A DNA stretch of 63,360 nt, counting the filler, from Folioceros fuciformis (lineage: Eukaryota): assembly GCA_049999805.1 (NCBI GenBank). It is 14 parts of 14 records of this genome, joined end to end, with 100 filler letters (N's around TTAATTAATTAA, not from the genome) between each part and the next. Parts side by side here need not be neighbours in the genome. Positions count along the whole stretch, not along the records: positions 35,555 to 43,044 come from JBNGIO010003571.1; positions 43,145 to 49,241 come from JBNGIO010003573.1; positions 49,342 to 56,208 come from JBNGIO010003574.1; 11 more parts are not named here. One strand, 5' to 3'. Shown here piece after piece: positions 35,998 to 49,680 of this stretch. The notes beneath the pieces were generated by a model, which was given only the letters and a program-made list of their open reading frames with translations, searched no databases and had not been told where the DNA came from. Made by a program: the position numbers and the translations under genes. The stretch's first letter is position 1, and every line of letters starts with the position of its first letter.

Positions 35998-38857
35998 TCA
36001 GCAGGCTGTATAACCGCTTGAACCTGGAAGATGCTGGGCATAACGTACTGGTCTGCCTTGGTGACCTTGAGGTGGGTCCATCGATCCTTCAACATTGGGG
36101 CCAATCTCACGATTCAGAATGCCGGGCTCGTCTTTGGCAACCTCCTGGATGGCAGCGTCTTTTACACTCTTGAGAATCTGATCCACCTTCTCCTGTAATG
36201 AGAAGCAGAGAATGTAAGTGCATTACATATCCTATCAGACAAATGTAAGATGGCAAAGTCACTAACCTCCTCCCAGAGGCCACACTTGGAGCAGCTTCTA
36301 CAGGGCTCGTTGGAATGCATTCGGGCATGCTGGACCACAACAATTTAGGTCACAGTCACAAACAAGGGCTAAATGCAGATTAGGCACTGGAATCCCACAG
36401 ATCAATTGCGTTACCCTGCAAAAGTGGTCATAATCAGTAATTGTCTTCCGACACAAGTAGCACATAGCTTGCCCGCATCTGCACACAACCTGAGAAACCC
36501 ACGCATCAGACTGTGCATACATCTCCTTCAGGACATAAGAACAGGTCAGCAAGCATGACCAGCTGACCTTGTTGCAGCCATCGGATTTCACAAGCTCTGC
36601 TTTGCATGCGGTGCACACTCTGATGATAGCTTTTGACATGGCCTGAGAGTACAGAATCAGGTCAGTTTCAGCGCACTTCAACGAGCATCGTGGGGACGCA
36701 GACCAATCAAGAAACAAAATCCAGGAATCCGTCCTCTTGCCTCCTCTATATGCCGACGATGTGAGGTTTCTGTAACCTGTAGGAGCGAGCGTGAACAAAA
36801 GGCTTCGATTCAGGAACAGCAGGACGACCTGGTCCTTAAACCAGGGGCAGATAAACTTGTCAATTCCTTCTGGATTTGAGTATACCTTCTCTACCTCCTC
36901 GCAGCGAAGTGGGAGGTGGTCTGGTTCCTTGCACAACAGGCATGACGCCTGGTTCATCAACAGCGAGTAAGAACAGGATTTCACATTCGTGACAACAGAC
37001 ACAAACACAAGCACGCAAACCTTGCTTATGCCAAGAGTGAAAGTCCAGCTTTGTCACCTTTCTACATTGACTATCGGGGCAGTACAAAACTTTCATGTCG
37101 GCCTCAACTTCAACGGGCAAGTTACAGGAAGGGCAATACACCTGCTAAGCGACACAATGCTTAGAATAATGCTACAGAAAAAAGCCAAAGGTGTGCATAC
37201 AGCACAAGATATCTATCAGCAACTTTCAAGGCAACAAGCATCAGAAACACCGTCTGTGCAGACTGCATAGCGTATCTATACTTTTCATACAAGCAAGTTT
37301 GCATTGAAACATAACCCACCAGCATTTCAATCTTGGCACGGGCTACTGAATCCTCAGCCTGTCGCTGCTCATACTTCATGAGCAGATCTCCGGGAAGAGC
37401 TCGATTGAGCTATACATGATTATACCACAAAAGTCAAAGCATTAGCCCCCTTCAAACATGACATGATGGCCCATGCAGGGAATACTTCGAACCTCAGAAA
37501 GCGGAAATGATTCTTGACAGCCACTGGTATCCATGCAGGGCAGTGAGCCGCATGCTTTAATGCCCCCAAAAATAGATTCTTCTACTCGCCTCCGCAGACA
37601 CCCAAAGCAAAAAAGGTGCCCATCGGCGCACTGCACACCATCGACACAGAGAAGAATTTTCAAAACACACCAAGTATCGACAAAGTCCTATGCAGAGCAT
37701 ACGCGCCTTGATTTAAAGACCAAACACTAGACTAAAGACCAAAGAGGTACCTGCACCATTTCCTCAAATGGGAAGTCACTACAGCAACATCCACACTCTA
37801 TAACGTGGGACCCGCTTTGAGATCCTTCTTCATTGCCTGGCTGGCCAAGTGACGGAGACAGTTCACCCGCCAGACTGGAGAGCTCTTCCTGAAAACGTCG
37901 GCACTCCTGTGCCACAAAATTTTGGGTAATTACCCTAGGCATCCTCCGAAGATTAAACCTTCCATTCGGGAGCCAACTGACTAGTCCTGTATCTGCACGG
38001 ACAAGAGAAACAATCAGTGACGCAAAACGCCACTCCCAAATAGCCCCTGTATCCATCTCTCCTACAATAAAAAAGAAATCAGAGACCAGTGTAGAAGGNN
38101 NNNNNNNNNNNNNNNNNNNNNNNNNNNNNNNNNNNNNNNNNNNNNNNNNNNNNNNNNNNNNNNNNNNNNNNNNNNNNNNNNNNNNNNNNNNNNNNNNNAG
38201 AAAGGAGAGCACGCTACCATTCACTGCCGGACCCGAATTTTCAATGGCAGTAGCCCTCTGATACTCCGCCTGAACAGCCATGTAAGTCGGGGCAAGTCTT
38301 TTTCCATGTCCAGCCAAGGCATCATTCAAATCAGGTAGTCGTGCTCGTGGGAACTTCCCACTCAGAAAATTCATGCAATGCTCCTCATACAATTTCTGTT
38401 CTGCCGCATCCCGTGCCTCTGCCTGCTGTGTACCGCCATCACTGTCCTCAGAATCCGAAAGACAGTAAGGCTGTTCTGCTGTGCCCAGCATGACAGCTCC
38501 TCGATGAGACCGCGACGTCTCTCCCCTTTCCCGAAGATGTTTCGCAACCTGTCTCGCAGCTTCATCTTCGTTTTTACGCTCCAACAAAGGATACAGAAGC
38601 GTAGACAAAACCTCGGTCCTCAGCTGCGGGAACTCTTTCTTCAACCACCTCAGTCCGCGGCCCCGGGACCTGGGCCTGGGTCTGAAGGAGGACTCAGCTT
38701 CATCGCTATTGTATCCCCCACGCAAATCACGATTTAGGTCAAACCTAAGACGCTTGCCCTGACCACCCCTGGACCGCTCCATGTCCATCCGGTGCTTGCC
38801 TTTGTCACGATTCCGACTCCTCCCTTCAAGACCACTGCACAAATCAGCAGTATCCAT
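35998..38857 (-). CDS. RNF216: RBR E3 ubiquitin ligase of the RNF216/TRIAD3 subfamily, multi-exon; gap at 38099-38198
   Basis: First in-frame ATG at 38857. Spliced product: [29 protein letters not shown]...PCMDTSGCQESFPLSEL (RING1); VYCPSCNLP...LYCPDSQCRKASCLLCKEPDHLPLRCEE (IBR); [45 protein letters not shown]...PCRSCSKCGLW (RING2 plus the RNF216-type extra Cys cluster), then REIGP. Confidence 0.88.
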
Positions 38858-40075
38858 GCCTCTACACGCCTCCTGCAACTCCGCCCCTCCTCCTCCTCCA
38901 CCGCAAACAAATTCACCAAGAAGCCTCCCAGCCCAGGGTCACCCGAGCAGAACCCGTCCCCGCACCTCAACCGTACCCGGGTTTCTTTCAATTGTCCACC
39001 TCTACATCCGCCTCTCCAGCAACACCCGCCACAATCGCCTATACTTCCAAATCCGTCTTCCCCGCATCTGCATCGGAACTTATCCCAAGCCTCACACCGT
39101 CCGAAATTCACAACTTCCCTCCCCTCCCCTTCCACCAATTCTGCGCACGAAATTCCACAGAACGACAAGCAGCCACGATCCTACAACCTCCATGCAATTC
39201 CATCATCCGCAGCTCCGAAGTCTGAGAGTTTCCTGCCTTTTTCAGCTCAGAGCTCCATCCGCGACCTGCATGTCGACGCAAGGAAACCAGAAAGCCTCAG
39301 CTCATTGCACCAACACAGAGAGCTCGACATTGCGCCCGGCCTTCGTCCCGGCTCAAGAGAGCTCGTAAGCGACCTAGAACATCATAGCCTCGCAACCAAT
39401 TCCGCAATCAACCTGACAACCCGCAGATTGTACACTCCGAGACCCAAGCGGCTTGTGCGTTAAAAATCCGATTCAACCCTTTGTGATCGGCTGTTAGCAC
39501 CAGTCGAGGATTCAACTTTCCAGCAGCTGTCTCAGACCGGACTGTTCAGTCTCCACTCTGAATCGCAAAGCTTTCCTATCTTCACATTCTCTCTCAGAAA
39601 ACAGCAAAGTGTACCACCAGTCTCGGTAGGGCCACGTCAGCCGCTGTCGACAAGGAGAAAACCGAAACAACGAGACACATGGACGCCCATCAGCTTATTC
39701 CTTGACGTAACATCCTTGTCCGACAAAGGCAGGCTGCTAACTTCGCCCGTTAACCAATTACAGTATTTTATTTTTTAACTATAGTAGACACCTATGAATA
39801 CGGTTCTCTATAGAATACTATGAATTTTGTGATCCACAACATCCGATCCATCAAAGCATCTAGAGCACCTATATGTGGGGGCCAACAAACCTATCAAAAC
39901 TAGAGGCACGTGGCTCTTCAATATGGGATGGTCGAGACCATGCATGAATATTTTAATAAAATTTAATTATTATTATTATTATAAAAATAAAAATATTATA
40001 AATACATTCTGAAAAATAAGTTCAAGTCAAGTCTTCCAGATCGCAATCAAAGGGTTAGTACCTTTTGGCCTTTGC

Positions 40076-40945
40076 TTGGTTATTCCTCCAATCTTTGGAG
40101 TGGATGAAACTTTTCATCTCTTTTTAAATAATGATGTGATAGCCAGAGAGGCGGCATTGGCAACCCCATTTTTCATTGATGACTCCGCCTCCCATGCGGG
40201 GTCAGCAAGCGAAGGGATAGCGATTACTCTGGACTTCAAAAAATACTGTTACAACCGAATGTGCGTGATGCAGTTGACGATGGAAACATTTCAAGAGCAG
40301 AGGTACAGATTCCTCAAGATGTGCAAGCAAGAGCATAAGACATTTTTAGAATCTTTGCTGAAAGTGGAAACAGCCCACAGCGAGCCTTTTAATGTCAGCA
40401 CCCATCTCAGAGAACACAGCGAGCCTTTTAATGTCAGCACCCATCTCAGAGAACATGAGCCTATACAATGCTGCTTATGGACTTTTCGACTAGTGTATTG
40501 CTTGGGTCACAAGAGGTACGAGGAGTTGAGGGGTCGAGTTCTCTAGAACGTGCCCTGGGATAATGTTAGAAGTAATACGGCTCGTAGTGGACCGTCAAGT
40601 GAGAATGCCATAGCGTGGATGGATAATGCTTTCTACCAAATGCAAAAGTATACAATTTACCAAACATGTATACAAAACTAGAGATATGGAGCCAGTATGG
40701 AAGGCATTGTGATTGGGCACAAATTCCCTATATAATTGACCAATGGTTCTTGAAATTGTGGAAGGTGAACTTCAGTCGAGTGAAGATTCCAAGGTGAGGG
40801 ACAAAACATGTGCTCTAAATTTCTTCCATCTATGGTGTTGTCATCTTCCCAGGAATGGCTGTGCATACGGCAAACAAAAGTGTACACTTCATAGTGAGCT
40901 TCTGTCCCCTGCCAGCATACAATGCATAGAGCCAGGTCAGTAGTG
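40076..40945 (+). mobile_element. Possible degenerate DNA-transposon ORF with an internal 39-bp duplication
   Basis: Intronless frame broken by stops (...CLWTFRLVYCLGHKRY...SENAIAWMDNAF...NFFHLW). HSEPFNVSTHLRE is duplicated at about 40376-40453. Family not established. Confidence 0.35.
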
Positions 40946-41189
40946 TGACGGCGCCGGCTGGCCGGCGTCCTAAGTGATTATGGCCCACTATCAGACGTAG
41001 TGATACTTAGCGTAGTTTGTTGCGGCTGAACCCTAAAAGTGCGTGATGGCGGTGCATGTGTTCGCCAAAGGGTGACAGTGTATATTGTCGGTGAGCCAAG
41101 ATTATCACTAGGTGCCATGTCATGAATATTGTGCAGAGAAATATCAAGCTGCTTTGGATGTGCATAGAGACCGTCTCCAAGTAGAGCGT

Positions 41190-41930
41190 GCCAAGATGTC
41201 AAAGCATCAAAGCAAGAGCTATGTGTACCCTTAGATGTCAAAGCATCAAAGCAAGAGCTATGTGTACCCTTAGAAATACATGTTACTAGCCATTGATGGT
41301 ATGGATTACAAGAGACCGAATTGCTCCATTTTCTACGATGGCCCAAAAATGTACCCCTAGAAGTACATGTTACTAGCCATTGATGGTATGGATTAGGAGA
41401 CACTGAACTGCACCCCTGTGAGCACATAGGGGTTAGGGCCAAGGGCTCTATGAAGCTAGTTGCATTTATCACAGGCATTACGGCTCATATCCGGAATTGA
41501 AGGCAGCTTATTCATATAACAGTGTTGCTACAGTCACTCTGCTTCTACAACTCATGAATGATGCTCTGATCATGGCATAACGACTCGACTATGACGTTTT
41601 CGTTATGACACGTTCTTGAAGGACAATGCAACAATCCTCAGAAGATATTTGCCAAGCTCACAACTTCAAGCTCTTGCAAGCCCCTCAGTGCTTGCCTGCT
41701 ATTTCCTACTAGCATTCTGTTAGCATATATGAAAGTCAATTGCTCTTAAAGAATGTGCACCAAATTCTATGTCTGAAATGTTACAAGGCTTCAGCCCTAT
41801 AATCTAGTGCAAGAATGCTGCCAGGAGCTGATCGGGCCCTGTAATCTGGTGCGAGAATGTTGGCAGAAGCAAGCTGGGCCTTGTAATCTGGTGCGAGAAT
41901 GCTAGCAGGAGCAGGCCAGGCCTTGTCTTT
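41190..41930. repeat. Cluster of short tandem duplications (39-bp x2, ~46-bp x2, ~42-bp x3)
   Basis: AGATGTCAAAGCATCAAAGCAAGAGCTATGTGTACCCTT x2; ...CATGTTACTAGCCATTGATGGTATGGATTA x2; TAATCTGGTGCGAGAATG... x3. Confidence 0.75.
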
Positions 41931-44124
41931 AACGACCGGGGGCCTGGCTGAAACCGGAATTCTCTCTCTTTTTTCGCTACTTTTTTCAAAGGTTCGCCTA
42001 TCAGACTCGGCTTGGAGTGCGCCAGATCAGGAGTGTGCCGAAGCGGGAGTGCCCTGAGCAAAAGTGCATTGGAACGGAATTGCATGGTGCAGCTGTGAAA
42101 TCAGCCTTGGAGTTGATCTAATCGAAGAAGGTTTACCAATGTGCCAGATCTCGAGGTAAGTGCAGAGCATTTACTGAAGTTATTGTAATGTTGAATGCTC
42201 CTTTTGCCTCTTTTTGTTTTGATTTGGTTTGTTGTTGTGTAGATGCTAAGGCTTACAAGAAAACGGCAACAGCAGTCCAGTCCAGCCCGGACTCGAAGCC
42301 ATCAGTTTGAGACCAAAAGAAGTTCTGCATCAAGAAAGGAACAAGTTGAAGATGTTGATGTTGAGACTTCAAGTTCACATGAAGGACTGCTTGGAGGAAG
42401 ACCTCCGCTGTTTCCAAATACTAAAGGCCAGTCTTCTTCCTTGCTCTCCTTGGCCAAACGCCATTTATTTGTAGAGTCTTGTGCAGAAGGAGATTCTCCA
42501 GCTCTTGAAGCTGCACAAGAATCTGGCCATCTTGTTGAGCAGCATCGGATGCACTAGCAGACGCAACAATGTGAATCTGCTGCTATTGCAGAGTAGAGAC
42601 GTGCTGCTGCCATTGCACAACAGAGATATGCTACTACCATTGCACAACAAAGGCCTATTATTGAACAATAGAGACTTGCAAGCTCCAATCAGCAATGTGT
42701 AAGTGCAACAACAATTTCAACTAATGGTATCATTGAACGGCAGATCTCTGGAAGTGTGATAGTTGCGCAGCAATCTCCAATTGCTGATATCATACTTCAA
42801 GTGACAAGTGCTGGTGATGGACAAACACAGCTCTCTCCAATTGCTCGTAGTACACATCAGGTGGCAACAGGAGCCAGGAGTTGCTCTAGTTACCAAATAA
42901 CACAATAACCCTAGTTTCCATGTTCTTCATGCCCAAGAGATGCTCATGCATCCTAGGAGCTTCCATTACTTTTCCATCCATTGCATATTCCAACTGTAAG
43001 AGTTTAAGTATTTAGTCAGAACTGTATAATTAGATATGATATGTNNNNNNNNNNNNNNNNNNNNNNNNNNNNNNNNNNNNNNNNNNNNTTAATTAATTAA
43101 NNNNNNNNNNNNNNNNNNNNNNNNNNNNNNNNNNNNNNNNNNNNATGACCTTTTTTTTTTTTTTTTTGGCTCACGTAGGTAGAAGATCGTGGGGCAGAAA
43201 GACTGTTTCTCGTTATATTGTGGTCTTATCATGTTGTTCCTCTTTCCGGGAGGGCTGGATGAATTTCCATATCTTCTTAATAATAAAGTCTCCATACTAT
43301 TTGCTTTCTTCCTTGTGCAATCTAAGGCACGTCTACGCCTAAGACAATTGGTACGTGATCAACAATAGTTTCCTCCAATTCAATTAGACATTACACAATT
43401 CGAAAAATAACAGCCCAACTAAACAATTGGAAAAATAACAACCCAACATCACAATTCGAAAAATAACAACCCAACCCCCCCATATCCAGTGTGCATGCGT
43501 AAATCAAATTTGTGTTGCGATGCCATGTGGCGCGTTGAGATAGTCTAGGGCTGCCACCGTCCTTGGATGCACTATCCTCATCCTCGTGGGGTAGCCCAAT
43601 GTCTCATCGTTTTCAAATATTTCCTTGATACACCTGAATATACAAGTACATAAAAAAGGTGTCGGCCAGACGAAGCACGGGATCGGGAAAAAGGGGTATG
43701 CTGAAGGAGGACATCTTGGAAGCCCCCGTCCCTGGTAATAGTAATTGTGATGCGATGTGGCCGGTGGGCAAAAAACCGTCTATCCCTTATCCAACGGTCC
43801 CATGCCGCAGCAGCCTTAAACCCTTCCCATCTAAAACCCTGCCAGCTTGCTAGCATCCCCTACCGAATGTGGCCACCAAGGGGGCATCCATGCGATCACC
43901 TTTCCAATTCTAAGCGTACGCTCCTCGGCGCAGGTGCAGTCGTGACAGCACTGAAATTTGACAAATCGGTTGTGCGATGTCCTGTGCCGAAAGTGGATCT
44001 AGGGGAGTTTTCCGGCCCTGCGAGGAATTCTGAAGTGCGACAGAGAGTGCTGATGAGGGGCTAAGAGACTTCTCGAGAAGAAGTTGAGTTGGATTATAAG
44101 GACTGAGGCAGCCAGGGCTGGGCC

Positions 44125-47100
44125 ATGGCGAAGGAGGATGACCCTATCGTCCTGGACGATGACGAGGAGCGGGAGGGGAATGGGCAGGAGCGGGGGAAGA
44201 AGAGTGGCGGGACTGAGATNNNNNNNNNNNNNNNNNNNNNNNNNNNNNNNNNNNNNNNNNNNNNNNNNNNNNNNNNNNNNNNNNNNNNNNNNNNNNNNNN
44301 NNNNNNNNNNNNNNNNNNNGAAGACGAGGATGAGGATGAGGATGACGAGGAGGAGGAGGAGGAGGGTGACGTGGCCGGTGTGAAGGCTGCCGCAGAGGCG
44401 AAGAAGGACAGGAAACGGGGGAACGTGGAGGAGGAGAGTGATCACGAGGTCGTGGAAGAGGAAGAGCTGTGGGACTTCCCAAAGGACGAGGAGGGCTGGA
44501 CGGTGCGGTGATTCATCTTTTTGTAGCAGTGCACATTCTCTGTTTTGGGTTGTCTTTGTGTTTGGAGGAAGGACCTCTTGTTAGAAGAGCACAGTTTTGC
44601 TTGCTGAATGAGGTCTGCATTTTCTGTTTCCAGGAGGCAGACCTCGGGGAAGAGTGGGCTGATCCTTCCCCGGCAGATGATACTGTGGGTCGTGATCCTG
44701 AACTTGCGGAGGAAGATGAAGAGTTGATTGCTAAGCTGCAGAAGGAAGGTCGGGCTCCAGTCAGAAGGCCGTACTATGTGCCTTACAGGAAGTTTTATCC
44801 TCTTATCCCGGAGGACCATCCGGACATTGAAACTCCTCAAGATGTGGTGGAGGAGCTGGAGAGAATGGAAGAGTTTCTGGTGTGGGTTAGTTACATCTTT
44901 GCGGATGGGTCATCGTAAGTGTTTTAGATCCTCGTTGTTCCTGGGTCACCTCCTTCGCAAAACGCAAAAGCTTTTCCACATGTGGGTGACATGCCGGAGG
45001 TTAGTGTAGACGGAAGCATTGTGGTCAGTTTGCCCTCAACCGTTGATGTGCCCTTTTGCAGATACGAAGGAACAGTTTGGGACGATCTTGCTCACGGAAA
45101 AGGAGTGTACACAACTCAACTTGAACTTTGCAAGTAAGCTGTTCTCCTATTTCTTGGGCCTGTGTTGGTGATGTCGCATTTCACTGAGTGTAGCCAGCCT
45201 GACAGTTTGTTGCTTCAGACAAGTAGCTTGTTTTGTGCAAAGCTTGTCGTACATTAATGTGAGGGGTCGATTGTGAAGATATGAAGGCGAGTGGTTTCAG
45301 AATATGATGCAAGGTCATGGTGTGCTGGAAGTGGATGTTCCGATGATGAATCCTCCTCCAGACTCTGAGTAAGTAATAATGTCATGTTTGTCCATCTTTT
45401 CCAGGACGTGCAAATGCCCTGTCCAGATTTCAGGAATTTCGAATCGCTGAACATACTGACGGGTTTGGACTGTTCGTGTAGACTGGAGAAGAAGATGAGG
45501 GAGGAAGGTTATGTTCTTGCAGCGGATTTTATGCCGCCTGAGGACAGGGAGTGGTTGAGGATGGACATAGAAGACACATTTGAAATTTATCCGGAGGTCC
45601 TAAAGACTCCGGCATTGGAAGAAGATGAAAATTGGGTGAAGCTCTATGGACAGAAACCGTGAGTGTGCTCCGCCTTCCTATCCTTTCGATGCATGTTGTC
45701 TTGTAGATCATGAGTGGCGTGAGGAGAGTCCCTGGGAGAGGGGCTCTGTGCAGGTTTTCCTCCATAGCCAAAAGCTGCACTAGATTCTGCAAATCACGTT
45801 GTTTCGGTTTGAGTCAGATTTTTAGATTGACGTCACGCACCAATATGTGCACTCTTACTCCACTCAAGGTTCAGTGAGACTTGCTCTTGGTGTGGCTGCT
45901 GAGACAAGTTCGTGTGTGCAGAGAGAAGGGCCACTACAAGTATGCAGGGCAGTGGAAGCATAATCGTATGCACGGATGTGGTGTTTATACACTGAACAGT
46001 CGACAGATATGGGTCTGTTCCCTCAAGTAGATAGTGGGTTGAGGTTTTTAGGCCTACTCGGCTGTTCTTTTGGATTGTTGGCAATTCCTGCGCAGTGATT
46101 GTAAAGTTGTTCATACTTTGCTTTTCTCCTGCAGGGGAAATTTTACTTCGGGGATCTTCTTCCGGATATCGAAGAGTGCACAGCGGAGATGTCAGCGGTG
46201 AGTTTTGTCTCTTAATTCGCTGCTTTCGTTTTCTGGTACCTGAGGAACACAGGAGTTTCTGTGAACGATTTCTGGGATACTGTTCTCATGGTTTTTCTGT
46301 CAGATACATGCATCACTGGCTGAGGTAGCGGCTGCAAAAGCCAGGATGTTCGTAAATAAGCCGGATGGAAGTATGTACTTTCGTACTGTTTCTGCTTATT
46401 CCTGTTAATCTCAGACTGACGTTATGTCATGTCAGTAAAATTGACAAAAACCCGTGGGTGGTCGGTTGTAGTGGTAAGGGAAATCAAGGGACCGTATAAT
46501 GATCCTCAGCATCCGTACATGTACGAAGAGGAGGATCTGTGGATGGCTCCAGGCTTTATCAATGAGTACTACAAAGTTGGTATCTTCTTTGTCTTTACAT
46601 CATACGATGTAAAGATACGCTGGCCGAGTTAGTGGATGCCAAGCTGTGACAACTCTTAAACGGTAGCTGTTGCTGACGCAGATTCCTGAGTTGTGGAAGA
46701 CGTATGTGGAAGATGTGGATCAGGAGCGGCAGATGTGGCTGAACTCTTTCATCAAGTCCCCTCTGAGGATCCCTATGCCTGCTGAGCTTGAGCACCAGTG
46801 GTCTAAGAGTGAGTACCACAGCTGGTCTGGTGCAGATCAGAAACTCTTTGCAGGTGTACTGTTCTGACAGTGCCAATCTGTGTGTGTATTTTGGTCCAGA
46901 TGATGAATTTGTGGTGCTTACCAATGAACCCTCATCTGCGTTGGGGTACGATCCTGAAAACCTTGAAAGGGCTAAGGAAAGCCTCCAAGGGGAGGTTTTA
47001 CTTCATGTTCCCACCGGCCAGATTATCAATTGGGCGACTGACCCTGACGGTAATCTGCGCTTCTTCTTACAGCCCGTTAGGGACGATAACCAGGTCGTAC

Positions 47101-48342
47101 CAGAAGATGCAATTCCCCTGCCGCTCGGGTTTGATGAAGGGGAAGGGGAAGAAGAAGGTGACGGTGAAGGGGCTCCTGAGCGAGAGCTCACTGAAAAGGA
47201 AAAGAAACAGAAACAGTGGGAGGAGGAAGACAGGAAGCGAAGAGAGAAATGGAAAAGGCAGGCTGAATTGAGGGCTCGAAAGTACCTTCGAGAAGATGCA
47301 GAGTTCCTGCAAAAGGTATACGAGGACATGGAAGTAGATAGGCTGAAAGCTTTAGCTCAGGATGAGAAGCTGGAGCTCATGCTTCTTGATGATGACGAAG
47401 CACCAGTCACGCAAGGTGAGGATGGGAGTCTCGTGGAGCAGCCCGAGAGTGTGGAAGAGCAGTCAGAGGACAAGAAGGCAAGCAGCGATGTCAAGAAACC
47501 GCCCATGGACGAAGTGAAGGATGTGGAAGCTGATGAAGAAGAAGGCGAGGATGACGACGATGACAAGAAGCCCAGGAGCTTTGGCAAGGTGGCCATGATT
47601 GACCCCGACATTATGAGGGCCAGGCCAACCACTTGCCGTGGCAGCCAACAGGCTGGCGCTCCAAAATTCCCTCCATTCCCTACTGTATTCGCTTCCCTCA
47701 GTCTGCTGTCGCAGGTACTGCAGTCTGCCGGCTATGCTTGATGTGTCAGCAACCTTCTTGCCTACCAACTCAGACTAACTCCTACTTCCCCAACTTTTGT
47801 CGCAGATGGCATTCCGACCTGTTTTCCACTCGGTCCTTGGCCCTACCCTGACAGGCGTCAAGAGCAGGGTGCAGTCCATCCTGTCTCGTGGACTGGAGCA
47901 GCGAAGTGTCTGTGTCCCAGATCAGGCCAAGCCCGAGGGCATGAACGAGACACCATCCACAACTGCAACCCCGGCTCCGAAGCAAAGGATCTGGGCAGAG
48001 AGCGTGGGGTACCGGTCCTCGTGGGCATCTCAATGCCGCCAGGTGGCCGTGAGGTGGAGGGCGAGTCCCAGCTCACAGCATCTGGGCATGGGCAGGAGGT
48101 CTCAGAAGCAGCAGCTCCACAAACACATCCCTGCATCAGTGTGGGCCCTGTCGGCCCTCCATTGCTCTCCGGGCCAGCGTACGAAGCTCCCGCGCAGGAG
48201 GACCTCCAAGAACCCCCCGGATGGAATTGCAGGTAAAGAGAAGTCCAGGCGAATTGCTATCTCCAGCTCCGTTCCTGCACCCTGTGGAACCTTCGGTGCC
48301 GATCCCACTGTACTGTGCATCGGAGTTCCTGTCGTCCAGTAA
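44125..48342 (+). CDS. TIC100: TIC100 (EMB1211), MORN-repeat subunit of the chloroplast 1-MDa TIC complex, multi-exon; gap at 44220-44319
   Basis: EELWDFPKDEEGWT; PYYVPYRKFYPLIPEDHPDI...VVEELERMEEFLVWVSYIFADGSS; YEGTVWDDLAHGKGVY; YEGEWFQNMMQGHGV; YKYAGQWKHNRMHGCGVY; AEVAAAKARMFVNKPDG; GPYNDPQHPYMYEEEDLWMAPGFIN; ERQMWLNSFIKSPLRIPMPAELE; PRSFGKVAM; FASLSL. The last exon ends VLCIGVPVVQ*. Confidence 0.95.
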
Positions 48343-49069
48343 CCAAGCGCTCGTCTTCAGCCACGAAGAAGAGCCGAGAGCCTGGCGTCTGGCTAGCGGG
48401 AGAACGTCCGTTTCCGCAGGTTGCAGGTCTGCCTTGACTCTTCCCTACCCGGAGATCGTTTGCGCTAGATCGTGCACTGTTTCAGACATTTCCTTTCTAG
48501 CCGAGTGTGTTCCAGTTGTATTTTGGGAAGAGTTACCCGTTTGCCTTCAAAATTTGTGATGGCCGTTAATATGAATCATTTTTCATGACCCTTGTCGTTC
48601 AGACCTAATAAATCTAGTTCCTGAGTTTCGGTAATCAGCGCCCGCTAATAATCACGTGATACATAATTGGAGTTCACACTGGACCGGAATCTATCCAGCG
48701 TTCTATGACCTTCTAAAGCCTTCGAAGATTCCTTGTGAAGCTCCGTGAGGTGTTTTCAGCTTTCTTTGGAAGGATCCAAGAATTCACCCCAACATGAAAG
48801 ACGTAGTGTTGTCTGCGAGCGGCCCTTCCCATCGCGGTCAGGTGGGGTGGGATACAGGAGTGTGCCTTATGCTGTGATGGCGGCCCTCGCAACAGCGAAA
48901 GCCTAGCCTGTCCTTCTAGTGCATGTTTGCTCAGATGGCTTTCTAGAGAGCCCACCTGTAGTACAGACGGCGTTGATATCTGCATCACATGCCAATTTCT
49001 CTAAATCCACTATATGTTGCCCTTTTCGGGTTTCAGCTGGACCGTCCTGGCAGTCAGATGGCATGCTCT

Positions 49070-49241
49070 GACCTTGTCTGGCTGGTGTTTGCGTAAGACG
49101 GTGTCCGGCTGAGGTTTGTGTAACATGGTGTCCAGCTGAGGTTTGCGTAACATGGTGTCCAGCTGAGGTTTGCGTAACATGGTGTCCGGCTGAGGTTTGC
49201 GTAACATGGTGTCCGTCTTAGGTTTGCGTAACATGGTGTCC
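49070..49241. repeat. 27-bp tandem repeat (GGTGTCCAGCTGAGGTTTGCGTAACAT), ~6 copies
   Basis: Visible directly at the scaffold end. Confidence 0.92.
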
Positions 49242-49341
49242 NNNNNNNNNNNNNNNNNNNNNNNNNNNNNNNNNNNNNNNNNNNNTTAATTAATTAANNN
49301 NNNNNNNNNNNNNNNNNNNNNNNNNNNNNNNNNNNNNNNNN

Positions 49342-49680
49342 GAGCTATAGTGGGGTGCAGGCAAAGAAAGCCCGTACCGCCTTGAAGCGGCGATATTGTT
49401 GAAAAAACAGACTGTCCGCTTGGCCATAGGCTGTTCCCCACAGACTGGCTAACCACCGTCTGGCCACCCATCGTTTCCTGTGTTTTTTTTTTCTCTGGTA
49501 CGGCCTCTGAGTGAAGAAGCAACGCCCTGGTCGTCCACTTGATGAAAATTTTCTTCTCCCTCGGGCCCTCGGGCCCTCGACACAAACACGTCGCAGGCAG
49601 CAGCAGCAAGAGGAAGAGGTGCAGCGTTTGATCCGTCTTGTCGCATAGAAGCAGGAGGAGCGAGATTTTATAAAAGTAGG
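49342..49680 (-). other. Possible promoter, 5' UTR and first exon of a gene cut by the scaffold end
   Basis: Minus-strand TATAAAA near 49665-49672, a CT-rich leader, ATG at about 49472 (MGGQTVVSQSVGNSLWPSGQSVFSTISPLQG) and a G|GTACGG donor. No homology recognised. Confidence 0.3.

Noticed and set aside
40920..40975. TAGTG (CACTA-like end) followed by a GC-rich hairpin (Helitron-like)
   Set aside because: No matching left TIR or target-site duplication, and no correctly spaced CTRR end.
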